NCBI GenBank assembly: GCA_963705705.1
Contig: CAVPKK010000005.1
Coordinates: 32,001 to 96,000 of the forward strand
Source of the DNA: an uncultured bacterium
GTDB taxonomy: Bacteria > Babelota > Babeliae > Babelales > JABCYS01
DNA length: 64,000 bases
Direction of reading: 5' to 3'
Below the pieces are notes generated by a model. The model ran no database searches and was not told where the DNA came from. It was given only the letters and a program-made list of their open reading frames with translations. The first letter of the stretch is position 1. Each line of letters starts with the position of its first letter. Position numbers and translations under genes: made by a program. Shown in pieces: positions 50,036-59,219 of the stretch.

Positions 50036-50157
50036 AGAGTCAAGTCCTAGGGTGGCGGTGAAGTAAAATGAGCGTAGCGAGTCTGGGTAGTGGTGTGAGC
50101 CTTGGCACGCGTAGTGAAGTTTGAACGACTGAGTCGTTAAAAAAGAGGGAGTGGGCC

Positions 50158-50343
50158 ATGAAATGCAAGAAGTGTTCCGGTCTTATGGTTTTGCAAACGT
50201 TTTTTGATCATTTTGTAAACTTTAATGGTTGGAAATGTTTAAACTGCGGTAAAGTTATTACCCGCAAAGAACGTACTATCGAATCTGATGCGTTCTCAAT
50301 GTTTTATCAGCAGCAAAAGTGCAAAAACGAACCAAATAAATAA
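50158..50343 (+). CDS. Small zinc-ribbon protein
   Basis: MKCKKC.G.M ... WKCLNCG; GAGGG RBS. Confidence 0.75.
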   Translation: MKCKKCSGLMVLQTFFDHFVNFNGWKCLNCGKVITRKERTIESDAFSMFYQQQKCKNEPNK

Positions 50344-50346
50344 TTT

Positions 50347-51207
50347 ATGCATCTCATTATCCAGCATACCGAGCAGACAGTAGAAATTGCCCTTTTTGAT
50401 AACGCTCAGTGCCGCGGATCCGTTGCCGTTGAGAAATCAGCCGCAAGCGCCCTTCTTATCCCAAAAATTCAAGAATTACTCACAACAAACAATTTACAAC
50501 TATCTGATCTTGATTTTATCGCCGCCAATGCCGGCCCAGGACCATTTACTACTCTCCGAACTATATTGGCCACCGTAAACGGGCTGGGATATGCAGTAAG
50601 CATTCCATTAATCGGTATTGATGGTCTTGATGCCATGTTGGATGAGGTAAATCCTTCGATAGTCCTGAGCCTGTCGAAGGGTGCTAACGCAAAACACTTC
50701 CGCCGACGCACTAGTCCGCTAAGTGACCTTCAACGCGCTCATCCTGAGTTTATCGAAGGATCAAAGCGCGAAAATGAGCTATGTCGAGACTTTGCAGGAC
50801 GATCGGGTCTTGTATATATGGCATTATTCAATGCATTTGCTGGCGATTTATATTTCGGAATTGATGCAAATGACAAACGAACAAAAGGCTGGAAACCTCA
50901 TCGCCAACTGTTTGAAGAAATAAAGGCGCATTATGACCCTTCGATACATTTTGCTGACGCAAAACACTCAGGGCGAACGGCCAGTAAAGTTATTTTTGTA
51001 GGTAGCGGAGTTCTGTTATATAAAGATCTGATTGTCGAATTATTCGGAGCTCAAGCGATTCCAGATCCACTGCCGATGCATCCGTCATTAGACACATTGA
51101 ATGGCGTTGCGCTGAGACTGTTCGAACACAAACAAATCAGCGACCAACTCTTGCCGTTGTATCTAAAAACGCCGACTGTTACTAATAAGACTGTTCACTT
51201 TGTGTAA
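50347..51207 (+). CDS. tsaB: tRNA t6A biosynthesis protein TsaB with two repeat-derived inserts
   Basis: L.P.I..LL......DLD.IA...GPG.FT.LR...A...GL, PLIGI, PLYL. Confidence 0.88.
   Translation: MHLIIQHTEQTVEIALFDNAQCRGSVAVEKSAASALLIPKIQELLTTNNLQLSDLDFIAANAGPGPFTTLRTILATVNGLGYAVSIPLIGIDGLDAMLDEVNPSIVLSLSKGANAKHFRRRTSPLSDLQRAHPEFIEGSKRENELCRDFAGRSGLVYMALFNAFAGDLYFGIDANDKRTKGWKPHRQLFEEIKAHYDPSIHFADAKHSGRTASKVIFVGSGVLLYKDLIVELFGAQAIPDPLPMHPSLDTLNGVALRLFEHKQISDQLLPLYLKTPTVTNKTVHFV
50651..50807. repeat. Multiply nested element in frame in tsaB
   Basis: ATCCTTCGATA[GTCCTGAGCCTGTCGAAGGG]TGCTAACGCAAAACACT{TCCGCCGACGC..[CGCGCTCATCCTGAGTTTATCGAAGGATCAAAGCGCG]..GAGCTATGTCGAGACTTTG}CAGGACGATCGG. Confidence 0.9.
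50937..50980. repeat. Second family-1 insert in tsaB
   Basis: CCCTTCGATACATTTTGCTGACGCAAAACACTCAGGGCGAACGG. Confidence 0.9.
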
Positions 51208-51215
51208 TCTTCGGC

Positions 51216-51327
51216 CCCGCTTTGATCCTTCGATCTTTCGATAAACTCAGGAGTAAACTCTTCGACTCGAAGACTCCTGGTCGAAGGACTGCAGGCTGAG
51301 CCTCGTCGAAGCCTCAGGATGAGCGGG
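51216..51327. repeat. Composite family-1 element between tsaB and rsmE, overlapping the rsmE stop
   Basis: CCCGCTTTGATCCTTCGA...CTCAGGATGAGCGGG with internal TTCGA/TCGAAG arms. Confidence 0.88.
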
Positions 51328-52072
51328 ATGTGTGTGAAATATAAGAACGTATAATACCAATCCCAAGAAATGCGGCCTGCCATGAGCGGAGAATTGTTGG
51401 CGTTAATTTGACAGCAGTAAATCCAACCTCGTTCATCTGCTTTTTCTCATCAATCGTCAAATCACCTTCAGGTCCGATGAGGCATACAAAAGATTTGTTT
51501 GTTTCTTGATCGATACTCATCAAATATTTTTTTAATGATTCGCCTGCAACATCAAAGAATATGCGATATGCTGATGTCTGTATTGCTTTAAGAGCTTCTT
51601 CCAATAAAACAGTCGGCAAAATTTTGGGAATCGCAAACTGCTTACTTTGCTCCGCCGCGGCACGCATTATTTTCTGCGCCCGCTCGATATCGAAGCTCCG
51701 CTGACTTTTAGCTGTTACTATTGGCTGAATGGTAGTAACCCCAAGTTCGCACATAGCAGCCAGGCATTCTTCCATGGCTTCTCGCTTTAATATTGGCAGT
51801 AGCATCTGAATAGGTGGTTGCAGGAGAGATGAGATGGCGATTGATTGAATTTTTATAGTTACGGAATTTTTTTTGACCGCCACAATCACTGCTGAAATAT
51901 GATGGGTATCATCGAACAATATAATTGATTCATCAGGCTCTAAGCGCAAAATATTTCTGATGCGGCCGACAACATTCTCTTCTTTAATTTCTACCACATC
52001 GCCAATGCGGTTTTGAATGAGCGACTGCAGCTCCGCATGATAAATTGCAAATTCGTGTTTACCGTCTTGCAT
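51314..52072 (-). CDS. rsmE: 16S rRNA m3U1498 methyltransferase RsmE
   Basis: ILRL, ELGV..I.P, AAEQS, IGPEG.L, L...ILR. Confidence 0.9.
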   Translation of the reverse strand: MQDGKHEFAIYHAELQSLIQNRIGDVVEIKEENVVGRIRNILRLEPDESIILFDDTHHISAVIVAVKKNSVTIKIQSIAISSLLQPPIQMLLPILKREAMEECLAAMCELGVTTIQPIVTAKSQRSFDIERAQKIMRAAAEQSKQFAIPKILPTVLLEEALKAIQTSAYRIFFDVAGESLKKYLMSIDQETNKSFVCLIGPEGDLTIDEKKQMNEVGFTAVKLTPTILRSWQAAFLGIGIIRSYISHTSRSS

Positions 52073-52080
52073 GATAAGAA

Positions 52081-52392
52081 TTAAGTTGTCTTTTTAATCG
52101 ATTTGCCACCCTGCCACCAGAGTGTTACGCGTTTCATTGGCCAATATAATTTCATAAATAGCCAGGCGCCGGTGCGCTTCCAGAGAGGTAATGTTTGTGG
52201 TTTGTGATTGGTATCGATAGTTATATCTGCAAAAGCATCATCATTTCCCCAAGGATCGTCGACGGCATTGCTTCGATCTTGCAGAGCTATTTTGTCGGGA
52301 TCTGATACTTGTATTTGATCGTTACCAGAAAGTTTAGGGCAGTAGCTTGAAATCAAAAGCAGACTGATAAAAGAGAAATTTCGTACAAACAT
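52081..52392 (-). CDS. Small exported hypothetical protein
   Basis: Hydrophobic N-terminus; 103 aa. Confidence 0.55.
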   Translation of the reverse strand: MFVRNFSFISLLLISSYCPKLSGNDQIQVSDPDKIALQDRSNAVDDPWGNDDAFADITIDTNHKPQTLPLWKRTGAWLFMKLYWPMKRVTLWWQGGKSIKKTT

Positions 52393-52472
52393 ATGCTATA
52401 TTTCCCAATGTTATTTTTTTAAAAGGGAAAGTAAGTTTAGCCACTCTTGCTAAACCGCGCAAAAGGTACCAT

Positions 52473-53993
52473 ATGCCAGGATCACAAAAACATCCAACCC
52501 TCCTCATTATTCTTGATGGCTACGGCTATAGTAAAGACACGCATTATAACGCTATAGCTAATGCCAATGCCCCACATCTGCATGCTTGGTTCAGGGAATA
52601 TCCACATGCGCTTCTTGCAGCCTCAGGCGCGGCGGTTGGATTGCTGCCCGGCACCATCGGCACTAGTGAAGTTGGCCACCTAACCATTGGCGCTGGCAGG
52701 GTAATTCCTGAATCCGTTCAGCGAATCCAGCAAGAAATTGAAAGTGGTGCCTTTTTTACCAACCCCACACTCGTGCAAAATTTAGATGCATTAAAAAACT
52801 CGGGCGGCAGGCTTCATCTTATGGGCTTACTTTCCGATGCCGGCGTGCATAGCCACATAAATCATTTAAAGGCACTCATTAAGGCTGGCATTGATCATGG
52901 CATTGAGCATATATATGTTCATGCATTTTTAGATGGACGGGATGTGCCGCCCCGCTCAGCACTGACCTATATCAATCAATTAAATAGAGTTTGTGCACAA
53001 AACGTTTGCGTATCCGTAGCTTCCATTCATGGCCGTTTCTTTGCTATGGACCGTGATAAAAATTGGCAACGAACGGAAGAAAGCTATCGTGTTTTGACCG
53101 CCACGCACCAACGCACGGTGCTTGATTATGAGGCTGAGGTTAAGCATTTTTATGAGCTACATATTTATGATGAGTTTATTCCACCTTTTCTTGTAGATCC
53201 TAATGGTATTATCCGCGATGGCGATGGAGTGATCTTTTATAATTTTAGAGCGGATCGAGCACGCCAACTAACAATGTGTTTTGTATGCCCAGGCAAGGTA
53301 CCATTCTCGCCACAACCGCCTCAATTAAAGTTCTTTATTGGTATGACTGATTATGATCACGACTGCCCGAATGTTCATCTCATTGAGAAAAAGCCGGTCA
53401 AGCATACGCTCAAAGAGGTTTTAAGTGATGCCGGCAAGACTATCTTTTCAATTGCCGAGACAGAAAAATATGCTCACGTTACCTATTTTTTTAGCGGTGG
53501 CCGCGAAAAAGAGTTTCCAGGCGAAACATGGCATCTGATCCCATCAATAAAAACAAAAGACTATATTCATCATCCTGAAATGTCGGCGCCTCAAATAACT
53601 GATGAAGCCCTTAAATCCTTGCACACAAAACCAGCTGACTTTTATCTCATTAACTATGCTAATGCAGATATGGTTGGGCATTCCGGTAATTATGATGCCA
53701 CTATTAAGGCGGTAGAATGGTTGGATGTAGAGCTCAAGCGGCTCTATGATGTGGTCATTCCGATGGGCGGCACTATGTATATAACGGCCGACCATGGCAA
53801 TGCGGAGCTGATGTTCGATGAAAAGAATGATCAACCCAAAACTTCGCATACCACCAACCCCGTCCCATTCATCATGATTAAAAAGGGCTTAAAGGATGGC
53901 GAACAGATGCTGCCGCTCAAAGAGCTATCAGATATCGCCCCATTCATTCTGCACAACATGGATCTGCAAGTGCCAAAGGAAATGGAACGATAA
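52473..53993 (+). CDS. gpmI: 2,3-bisphosphoglycerate-independent phosphoglycerate mutase
   Basis: LIILDGYG, SEVGH, LDGRD, NFRADRA, ETEKYAHVT, DMVGHSG, TADHGN. Confidence 0.97.
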   Translation: MPGSQKHPTLLIILDGYGYSKDTHYNAIANANAPHLHAWFREYPHALLAASGAAVGLLPGTIGTSEVGHLTIGAGRVIPESVQRIQQEIESGAFFTNPTLVQNLDALKNSGGRLHLMGLLSDAGVHSHINHLKALIKAGIDHGIEHIYVHAFLDGRDVPPRSALTYINQLNRVCAQNVCVSVASIHGRFFAMDRDKNWQRTEESYRVLTATHQRTVLDYEAEVKHFYELHIYDEFIPPFLVDPNGIIRDGDGVIFYNFRADRARQLTMCFVCPGKVPFSPQPPQLKFFIGMTDYDHDCPNVHLIEKKPVKHTLKEVLSDAGKTIFSIAETEKYAHVTYFFSGGREKEFPGETWHLIPSIKTKDYIHHPEMSAPQITDEALKSLHTKPADFYLINYANADMVGHSGNYDATIKAVEWLDVELKRLYDVVIPMGGTMYITADHGNAELMFDEKNDQPKTSHTTNPVPFIMIKKGLKDGEQMLPLKELSDIAPFILHNMDLQVPKEMER

Positions 53994-54001
53994 CTGAGAA
54001 A

Positions 54002-54535
54002 CTATTTGGTACTATTAATGCCAAATTCTTTTAACACATCATCTGCGTGAGCAGAGGCATCAATATCCTTGAGTGATTTAACGATATTCCCTTCAGCATC
54101 GATCAAAAACGTCATGCGGGTTGGGAAAAAATTATTGATAAGTGGAATGCCGCTGCGAGCACCATATGCACGGGCCGCGCTGCCATCATCGGTCAAAATA
54201 GTAAATGTGAGATGATGTTCCGCTTTAAATTTAGCGTGAGACTTTGGCGAATCGAAATTGATACCCAAAATAACAATGTTATGCCGCGCATATAAATATG
54301 CTCTGTCTCTAAAGCTGCATGCTTGGGCTGTGCAAGCCGGTGTATTGTCATGAGGATAGAAATACAGAACGACTCTTTTGCCTCGAAATTCTTCAAGGGT
54401 GCGCCATTTGCCTGTTTCGTCTTGCAGTCTAAATGAAGGTGCCTTGCTGCCGGATGAAAGTTTTGTGGTTTTACTGCAGGCAGGAAACAATGATAGCATT
54501 CCTAAGAGGGAGAGAATCGAAAGTAATTTTTTCAT
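54002..54535 (-). CDS. bcp: BCP/PrxQ peroxiredoxin with lipoprotein-like signal
   Basis: LYFYP...TPACTAQAC; N-terminal MKK..LFPAC. Confidence 0.88.
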   Translation of the reverse strand: MKKLLSILSLLGMLSLFPACSKTTKLSSGSKAPSFRLQDETGKWRTLEEFRGKRVVLYFYPHDNTPACTAQACSFRDRAYLYARHNIVILGINFDSPKSHAKFKAEHHLTFTILTDDGSAARAYGARSGIPLINNFFPTRMTFLIDAEGNIVKSLKDIDASAHADDVLKEFGINSTK

Positions 54536-54669
54536 GATGCTGCTTTCATAGTGTTAGATTCGGAGATGGGAACTAAGTATATGGACCCGAAGACCGGCCG
54601 CAACAGCCAGGATTCACCAAATGCTTACAAATAGTAATGGGAAGGCGCCGCTGGAAATGGAGCATTAAT

Positions 54670-55227
54670 TTAGAACAACTTCCTTTGGTAGAAGACATAG
54701 TCGGGAGTCTCGGCGTATTTACCAAAGCCACTACGTTCATACAATCTACGCGCGCTTACATTATGCGGACGGGTAATTAATCGTACCACCGTTGCCCCTC
54801 GCCGTTGAAGATCAGCAACTGCAAATTCTAACAATGCATTTCCAATGCGTTTACTGCGGTGTGTAGGTTGCACATCAATAAACAGTATGATTCCCTCTTG
54901 AGCCGATTTCATGTAATAGGCAACAAATCCCACATCCGAATTATTTATTTGGGCAACTCTGATGTCCAAAATACCAAAGCTAGTTGCATCAGCGGTCGGT
55001 GATTTATGCCCAAGCCATTGCTCAAATAAAGCCGGATCATATGGTTGTGCAGTGAGCCAATACCAATCTCGATGAAACAAGCTTTCTATGAATGGCCTAT
55101 CGCGATAAGGATCGTAGGAAACAATGTTTGGCCGGGGGCCTGCACTATAAAACCAATAGCCGACTAGGGCCGCAATAATTATTCCGGCACTCAATAGATA
55201 GGGGCGTAAGCGGTTGAATATAGTCAT
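54670..55227 (-). CDS. Membrane-anchored GNAT acetyltransferase
   Basis: V.P.HRSKRIG..LL, N..AR.LYE..GF; N-terminal TM. Confidence 0.8.
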   Translation of the reverse strand: MTIFNRLRPYLLSAGIIIAALVGYWFYSAGPRPNIVSYDPYRDRPFIESLFHRDWYWLTAQPYDPALFEQWLGHKSPTADATSFGILDIRVAQINNSDVGFVAYYMKSAQEGIILFIDVQPTHRSKRIGNALLEFAVADLQRRGATVVRLITRPHNVSARRLYERSGFGKYAETPDYVFYQRKLF

Positions 55228-56093
55228 CCTGAATGTCCCGAAGCCTTATAGTTGATCTTCCGCAATAGCAAACCATGTGCCGGGGCTTTTGGCAATATAC
55301 CAGCAAGATGACCTTGTTTATCTTTTAACGCATCGGGAATTGTCGAGACTGGGTATTGATCATCTCGGCTTATATGCAAAGCAGCTCCTACGATTCGCCG
55401 GATCATATAATGCAAAAAAGATTGTCCGCAAACAGTAATTCGCCAGATGTTGTATCGTTTTAAGAAATGTAATTCGATGCGGTCAATCGATCGGACAGTG
55501 CTTCTTAAATCGCCTTCGCTCATGGAGCAGAAATTTTTAAAATCATGAGTGCCAACAAATTGCTGCAATGCGGCATCTAATTTTGCGGGATTGAATGGAT
55601 AACGATAAAACCAAACATATCGGGCAACCATTGGTAGCGGCCGGCTGGTACTGAAATAGTAATGATACGTTTTTTGACGCACATTCTTTTGGGGGTTGAA
55701 ATCATCAGGCGCAATTTCAATGGAGCGAATGTGTATGCTCGGCGGTAGGCGATAATTCCAAACTCTTTTCAGCGCTTCAGGTTCAATATTTATATGCGAA
55801 AAAAATGATGCGACTTGTCCAAGGGCATGCACACCGGCATCTGTACGTGATGAACCAGTAATGCGAATGGGATGGGAAAATACTAGCTCAAAAATATCCT
55901 GCATGGCACCGGCGATAGTTGGGACTTCTGGTCTCGACTTAAAGCTTCGATCAGGCTGCGTCTGCAATCCTCGCGAGGAATCGAAGGATCGGCTTCCGGC
56001 GGGCGCCTGCTCCTGCCAGCCATAAAATTCAGTCCCATCGTACGCGATAGCCATTTTGTATGTTTTGATGATCGGTTCAGTTTTTATTGCCAT
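55224..56093 (-). CDS. truA: tRNA pseudouridine synthase TruA with a 25-aa insert
   Basis: AYDGT.F.GWQ, SSRTDAGVHALGQ, G.HDF..F, SFL..M.R.IVG. Confidence 0.93.
   Translation of the reverse strand: MAIKTEPIIKTYKMAIAYDGTEFYGWQEQAPAGSRSFDSSRGLQTQPDRSFKSRPEVPTIAGAMQDIFELVFSHPIRITGSSRTDAGVHALGQVASFFSHINIEPEALKRVWNYRLPPSIHIRSIEIAPDDFNPQKNVRQKTYHYYFSTSRPLPMVARYVWFYRYPFNPAKLDAALQQFVGTHDFKNFCSMSEGDLRSTVRSIDRIELHFLKRYNIWRITVCGQSFLHYMIRRIVGAALHISRDDQYPVSTIPDALKDKQGHLAGILPKAPAHGLLLRKINYKASGHSG
55932..56006. repeat. Family-1-derived 75-bp in-frame insert in truA
   Basis: Minus strand GATCCTTCGAT...GGATTGCAGACGCAGCCTGATCGAAGC aligns with GATCCTTCGAT...GGACTGCAGGCTGAGCCTCGTCGAAGC at 51224-51312. Confidence 0.8.
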
Positions 56094-56189
56094 GGGTGAT
56101 AGCCTAATTAAGCCCATGGATAAAGCAAAAGGAGCTGTGTGATGAGAACAGGTAAGGGCCTGGAAATATTGAACGACACCTTTTTTGGG

Positions 56190-56987
56190 CTATTTTCGAA
56201 TTTGGTAATACAGTTGTACGCCGATGACATATACAAAGGTCCGCGCAAGCCATAGTACAGAAGCGAAGCCTACACCTTTCATGATGAGCAATAAGGCAGC
56301 CTGTGAGTCCATATTAGGCTCAGGCGTAAACATAACGGTACTGCGCACCATTTGAACAACGAAAAGTAATGCAAACCATATGAGCCAAACGGGTGCTGCA
56401 TGTAGAATTATTGTACAGGTTGTACGCAAACCGGTTAAAAGCCCTTCCGGAGTCGGAGCTCTATCCAAAATGCCCAGCATGAATAGTAGCCCAAGTCCAA
56501 ATAGCGGAATGATTAGCCATGTTTGAATAAAATAATTTATTGCTAAAGGTAGCATGAGAGCAATCGATAACATCGATAAGACTATGGCCAATTTATATTC
56601 GCGCAAAATATGAAAAAAATAACCTTTTCGATATTTCTCTTGAGAAGGTCGTATTGCTGCTACATATCCCCAAATAGCAAGAATACTAATAATCGCAACA
56701 AAATATTTCATGGGGCCCTGATCTGCTTCAAGATTGGCCATGAAGAAGCTACCATTCTTTATGGATAGAGCGCCAAGAAATACGATGAGTAGTATCATAC
56801 TGAATAAAAAGGTCCATAAAAAAACGCGCAATAAAGGCCAAATTGATGTTCGAACTGAGTTATATCCTTCGATAACGAGCATCTTTAAATTATGTGGTCG
56901 TAGAAGCGCTAACGATTTCTGCCATGAGCCTATTAATGTGTTCATTAAAACTTTCTTTTGGGATGCGATTAAAAATACTAACAACAT
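56190..56987 (-). CDS. Polytopic membrane protein of unknown function
   Basis: About 6 hydrophobic segments; start may be ATG 56945. Confidence 0.7.
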   Translation of the reverse strand: MLLVFLIASQKKVLMNTLIGSWQKSLALLRPHNLKMLVIEGYNSVRTSIWPLLRVFLWTFLFSMILLIVFLGALSIKNGSFFMANLEADQGPMKYFVAIISILAIWGYVAAIRPSQEKYRKGYFFHILREYKLAIVLSMLSIALMLPLAINYFIQTWLIIPLFGLGLLFMLGILDRAPTPEGLLTGLRTTCTIILHAAPVWLIWFALLFVVQMVRSTVMFTPEPNMDSQAALLLIMKGVGFASVLWLARTFVYVIGVQLYYQIRK

Positions 56988-57101
56988 ACATAGTAAAATA
57001 ATCTTCCTGTAAAAATCAAGAATTTTAGACTAGGAATTTGCGAGAGACAGGATAGTCTGTTTCCGTTTTGTGAAGATTTGCTGCTTTTCTGAGGGAGAAA
57101 A

Positions 57102-58388
57102 ATGATGTTAGGTTTAAGAAAATTATCCTTTTTAGGCACCTGTTTATTTCTTAGTACAACCATATGCTCAACTGATCCCAATGCAGCCTTTTTACGGCAT
57201 ATCATAAAAAATGCGCCATTAGTATTTGCGGGCAAAGAATCGGCCATCAAGCTTGTACATGAGGCGCAGAAGTATGGCAATGCAGACCTTCTCCGGGCAT
57301 TAGCTGGACATGCCAATGAAGAGACAATTTGCGAACAGCTTATTCGTTCGATATACAATAAAAATGTAGTTATTAAGGAAGTTGTTGTACCTGAAACACT
57401 CATTGACGAGCAAGGTCTTTTGACGGAAGAAGGAGCTGAATTTTTATTGGTTTCTGCATCACGAGACAAAAAAATAAGTGAATCGGAACTTCCTGATTTT
57501 TCAAGTTTATCCTTTGACAAATCCACGATTCAAAAAGTTGGCCGCGTCCTCCAGGTTTTCGTTATAACTTCCGAAAATCCCGATGATGATTCCTTCGTGT
57601 TTAAGAGTTTGCAAAATCGACCATGGGTCGGAGCGGAATCACACAGGTTAATAAAGGCGAGTAACTTTGAACCATTTCAACCGATTATATATCCCAATAA
57701 AGTTGCCAACATGCCGCAACTTATTTTCCCCTTTTCATATTTATCTTACCGTCATCAGGATGAGCGGCACGAAATGGGTCTTATGCATAAGGCCCCCGGG
57801 CAATCTTTAACATCTGTTATGAAGCGGTTAACAGATAAGCCCGATAATGCCAATGTTCGGCGCCTTGTAAGTCAAAGTTATTTTGATGTCGGCGTGGCCA
57901 TGGCATCTTTTTATGAGGCATTCAAAGCTCCTAACTCAAATTATAGCGAAGGCCTTAAAAGCATAATTATTGATGATCTTCATGTTGGGAATGTATTTTA
58001 CGATTTTGTGACGCGACAAGTAATTATTATTGATAACGAACGCCTAGCAAACAGCATCGGCAGGATTACAGATATTTCCCGTGATTTGGGTTACTTATTA
58101 ATTCAATCCGTTGATATGGTCAAATGGGTTAAAACTACACCTAATTTTCCGTTCAAGGATTGGTTTGAGTTAAGCATTACCAATTTTGTAAAAGGCTTTT
58201 TAAGCATCTATCCCAAAGAGAAAAAACAAGATATCTATGAGATCCTTGAACATGGGCTGATGACATACAAAGATAGTCTTACCGATACCATTTGGTGGGA
58301 AGACCCAAAAACGCATCAATATCTTGCGCCCATCTTCGACAGCTTACGTGTGTGGGTTAATGCAGAGACCAATATTTGTGCAAAGTAA
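57102..58388 (+). CDS. Secreted protein with kinase-like (APH/PKL) motifs
   Basis: Signal peptide; VFK, M..APG.SL, DLHVGNV, IIIDNE. Confidence 0.65.
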   Translation: MMLGLRKLSFLGTCLFLSTTICSTDPNAAFLRHIIKNAPLVFAGKESAIKLVHEAQKYGNADLLRALAGHANEETICEQLIRSIYNKNVVIKEVVVPETLIDEQGLLTEEGAEFLLVSASRDKKISESELPDFSSLSFDKSTIQKVGRVLQVFVITSENPDDDSFVFKSLQNRPWVGAESHRLIKASNFEPFQPIIYPNKVANMPQLIFPFSYLSYRHQDERHEMGLMHKAPGQSLTSVMKRLTDKPDNANVRRLVSQSYFDVGVAMASFYEAFKAPNSNYSEGLKSIIIDDLHVGNVFYDFVTRQVIIIDNERLANSIGRITDISRDLGYLLIQSVDMVKWVKTTPNFPFKDWFELSITNFVKGFLSIYPKEKKQDIYEILEHGLMTYKDSLTDTIWWEDPKTHQYLAPIFDSLRVWVNAETNICAK

Positions 58389-58466
58389 GAAGAAGTCTCA
58401 AATGCACAGATCAAAATAATTTAATCTCGCAAATGCACGCCCAACGAGCAGGATTGTTAAAATCAA

Positions 58467-58868
58467 TTAAGGAAGAATACTCAGGCCAGCCTCATAAACT
58501 TCTTGTTGCTTCGGAGAGCATTGTCCAGCTCTGCATCTATTTGCGAGTTGGCCCCAAGACATACCCGAAGTATCCCCTTCGCTCATTGCTCTTGCAGACC
58601 GCGCATTTTTTGCTCCACGGTGAGCTTTGCCTTTTTCATTTGTTTTTAGCACTGTTGTTTTTGGTGCATTAGTTGCTGGGGCCACCGCCGGTTTTTTTGC
58701 TGCAACGGTGCCAGATCTTTCTAGGGTTTTTGAAGTGGATTTTAAATGGTAACCCTTCATAACGGGCTGTACTGTCGCATTTTTTGGTTGTGGTTTTTCA
58801 TTCGGTACAGCTTGGATTGTGCACGAGATTAAAATGGCAAGCATGCCAAAAAATTTTGTTAACTTCAT
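58467..58868 (-). CDS. Small secreted Cys-pair protein (tandem paralog A)
   Basis: MKLTKF signal; GDTSGMSWGQLANRCRAGQCSP. Confidence 0.8.
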   Translation of the reverse strand: MKLTKFFGMLAILISCTIQAVPNEKPQPKNATVQPVMKGYHLKSTSKTLERSGTVAAKKPAVAPATNAPKTTVLKTNEKGKAHRGAKNARSARAMSEGDTSGMSWGQLANRCRAGQCSPKQQEVYEAGLSILP

Positions 58869-58934
58869 AAAAATTCCTTTTCATCTTGATCTGGGTATTA
58901 AATATTTGGAAATGATTTACTCGAAATTAATGAA

Positions 58935-59219
58935 TCAATTATAAAAATTTTCTAATACCGCTTTGTTAGTATTATAAACATTTTGTTCTTCAGGAGTGCA
59001 TTGCCCAGCCATGCATTTATCGGCTAATTGTTGCCAGGTCATGCCGGAGGTATCGCCTGCATTCGCCGCGCTTGCAGCACGTGTGGTAGTTACAGCTGGT
59101 TTGACGGCATTTCCTCTGCGAGTTGTTTGAGAAATATTTTGTTGTGGGTTTTGCGCATAGGCATTGCAGACGCAAGCGATAAAGAGGGCAAAAGTGCCCA
59201 AAAATTTTGTTAACTTCAT
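58935..59219 (-). CDS. Small secreted Cys-pair protein (tandem paralog B)
   Basis: MKLTKF signal; GDTSGMTWQQLADKCMAGQCTP. Confidence 0.8.
   Translation of the reverse strand: MKLTKFLGTFALFIACVCNAYAQNPQQNISQTTRRGNAVKPAVTTTRAASAANAGDTSGMTWQQLADKCMAGQCTPEEQNVYNTNKAVLENFYN

Noticed and set aside
54536..54669. GC-richer intergenic stretch as an ncRNA
   Set aside because: No convincing stems or known RNA motif were found by eye.
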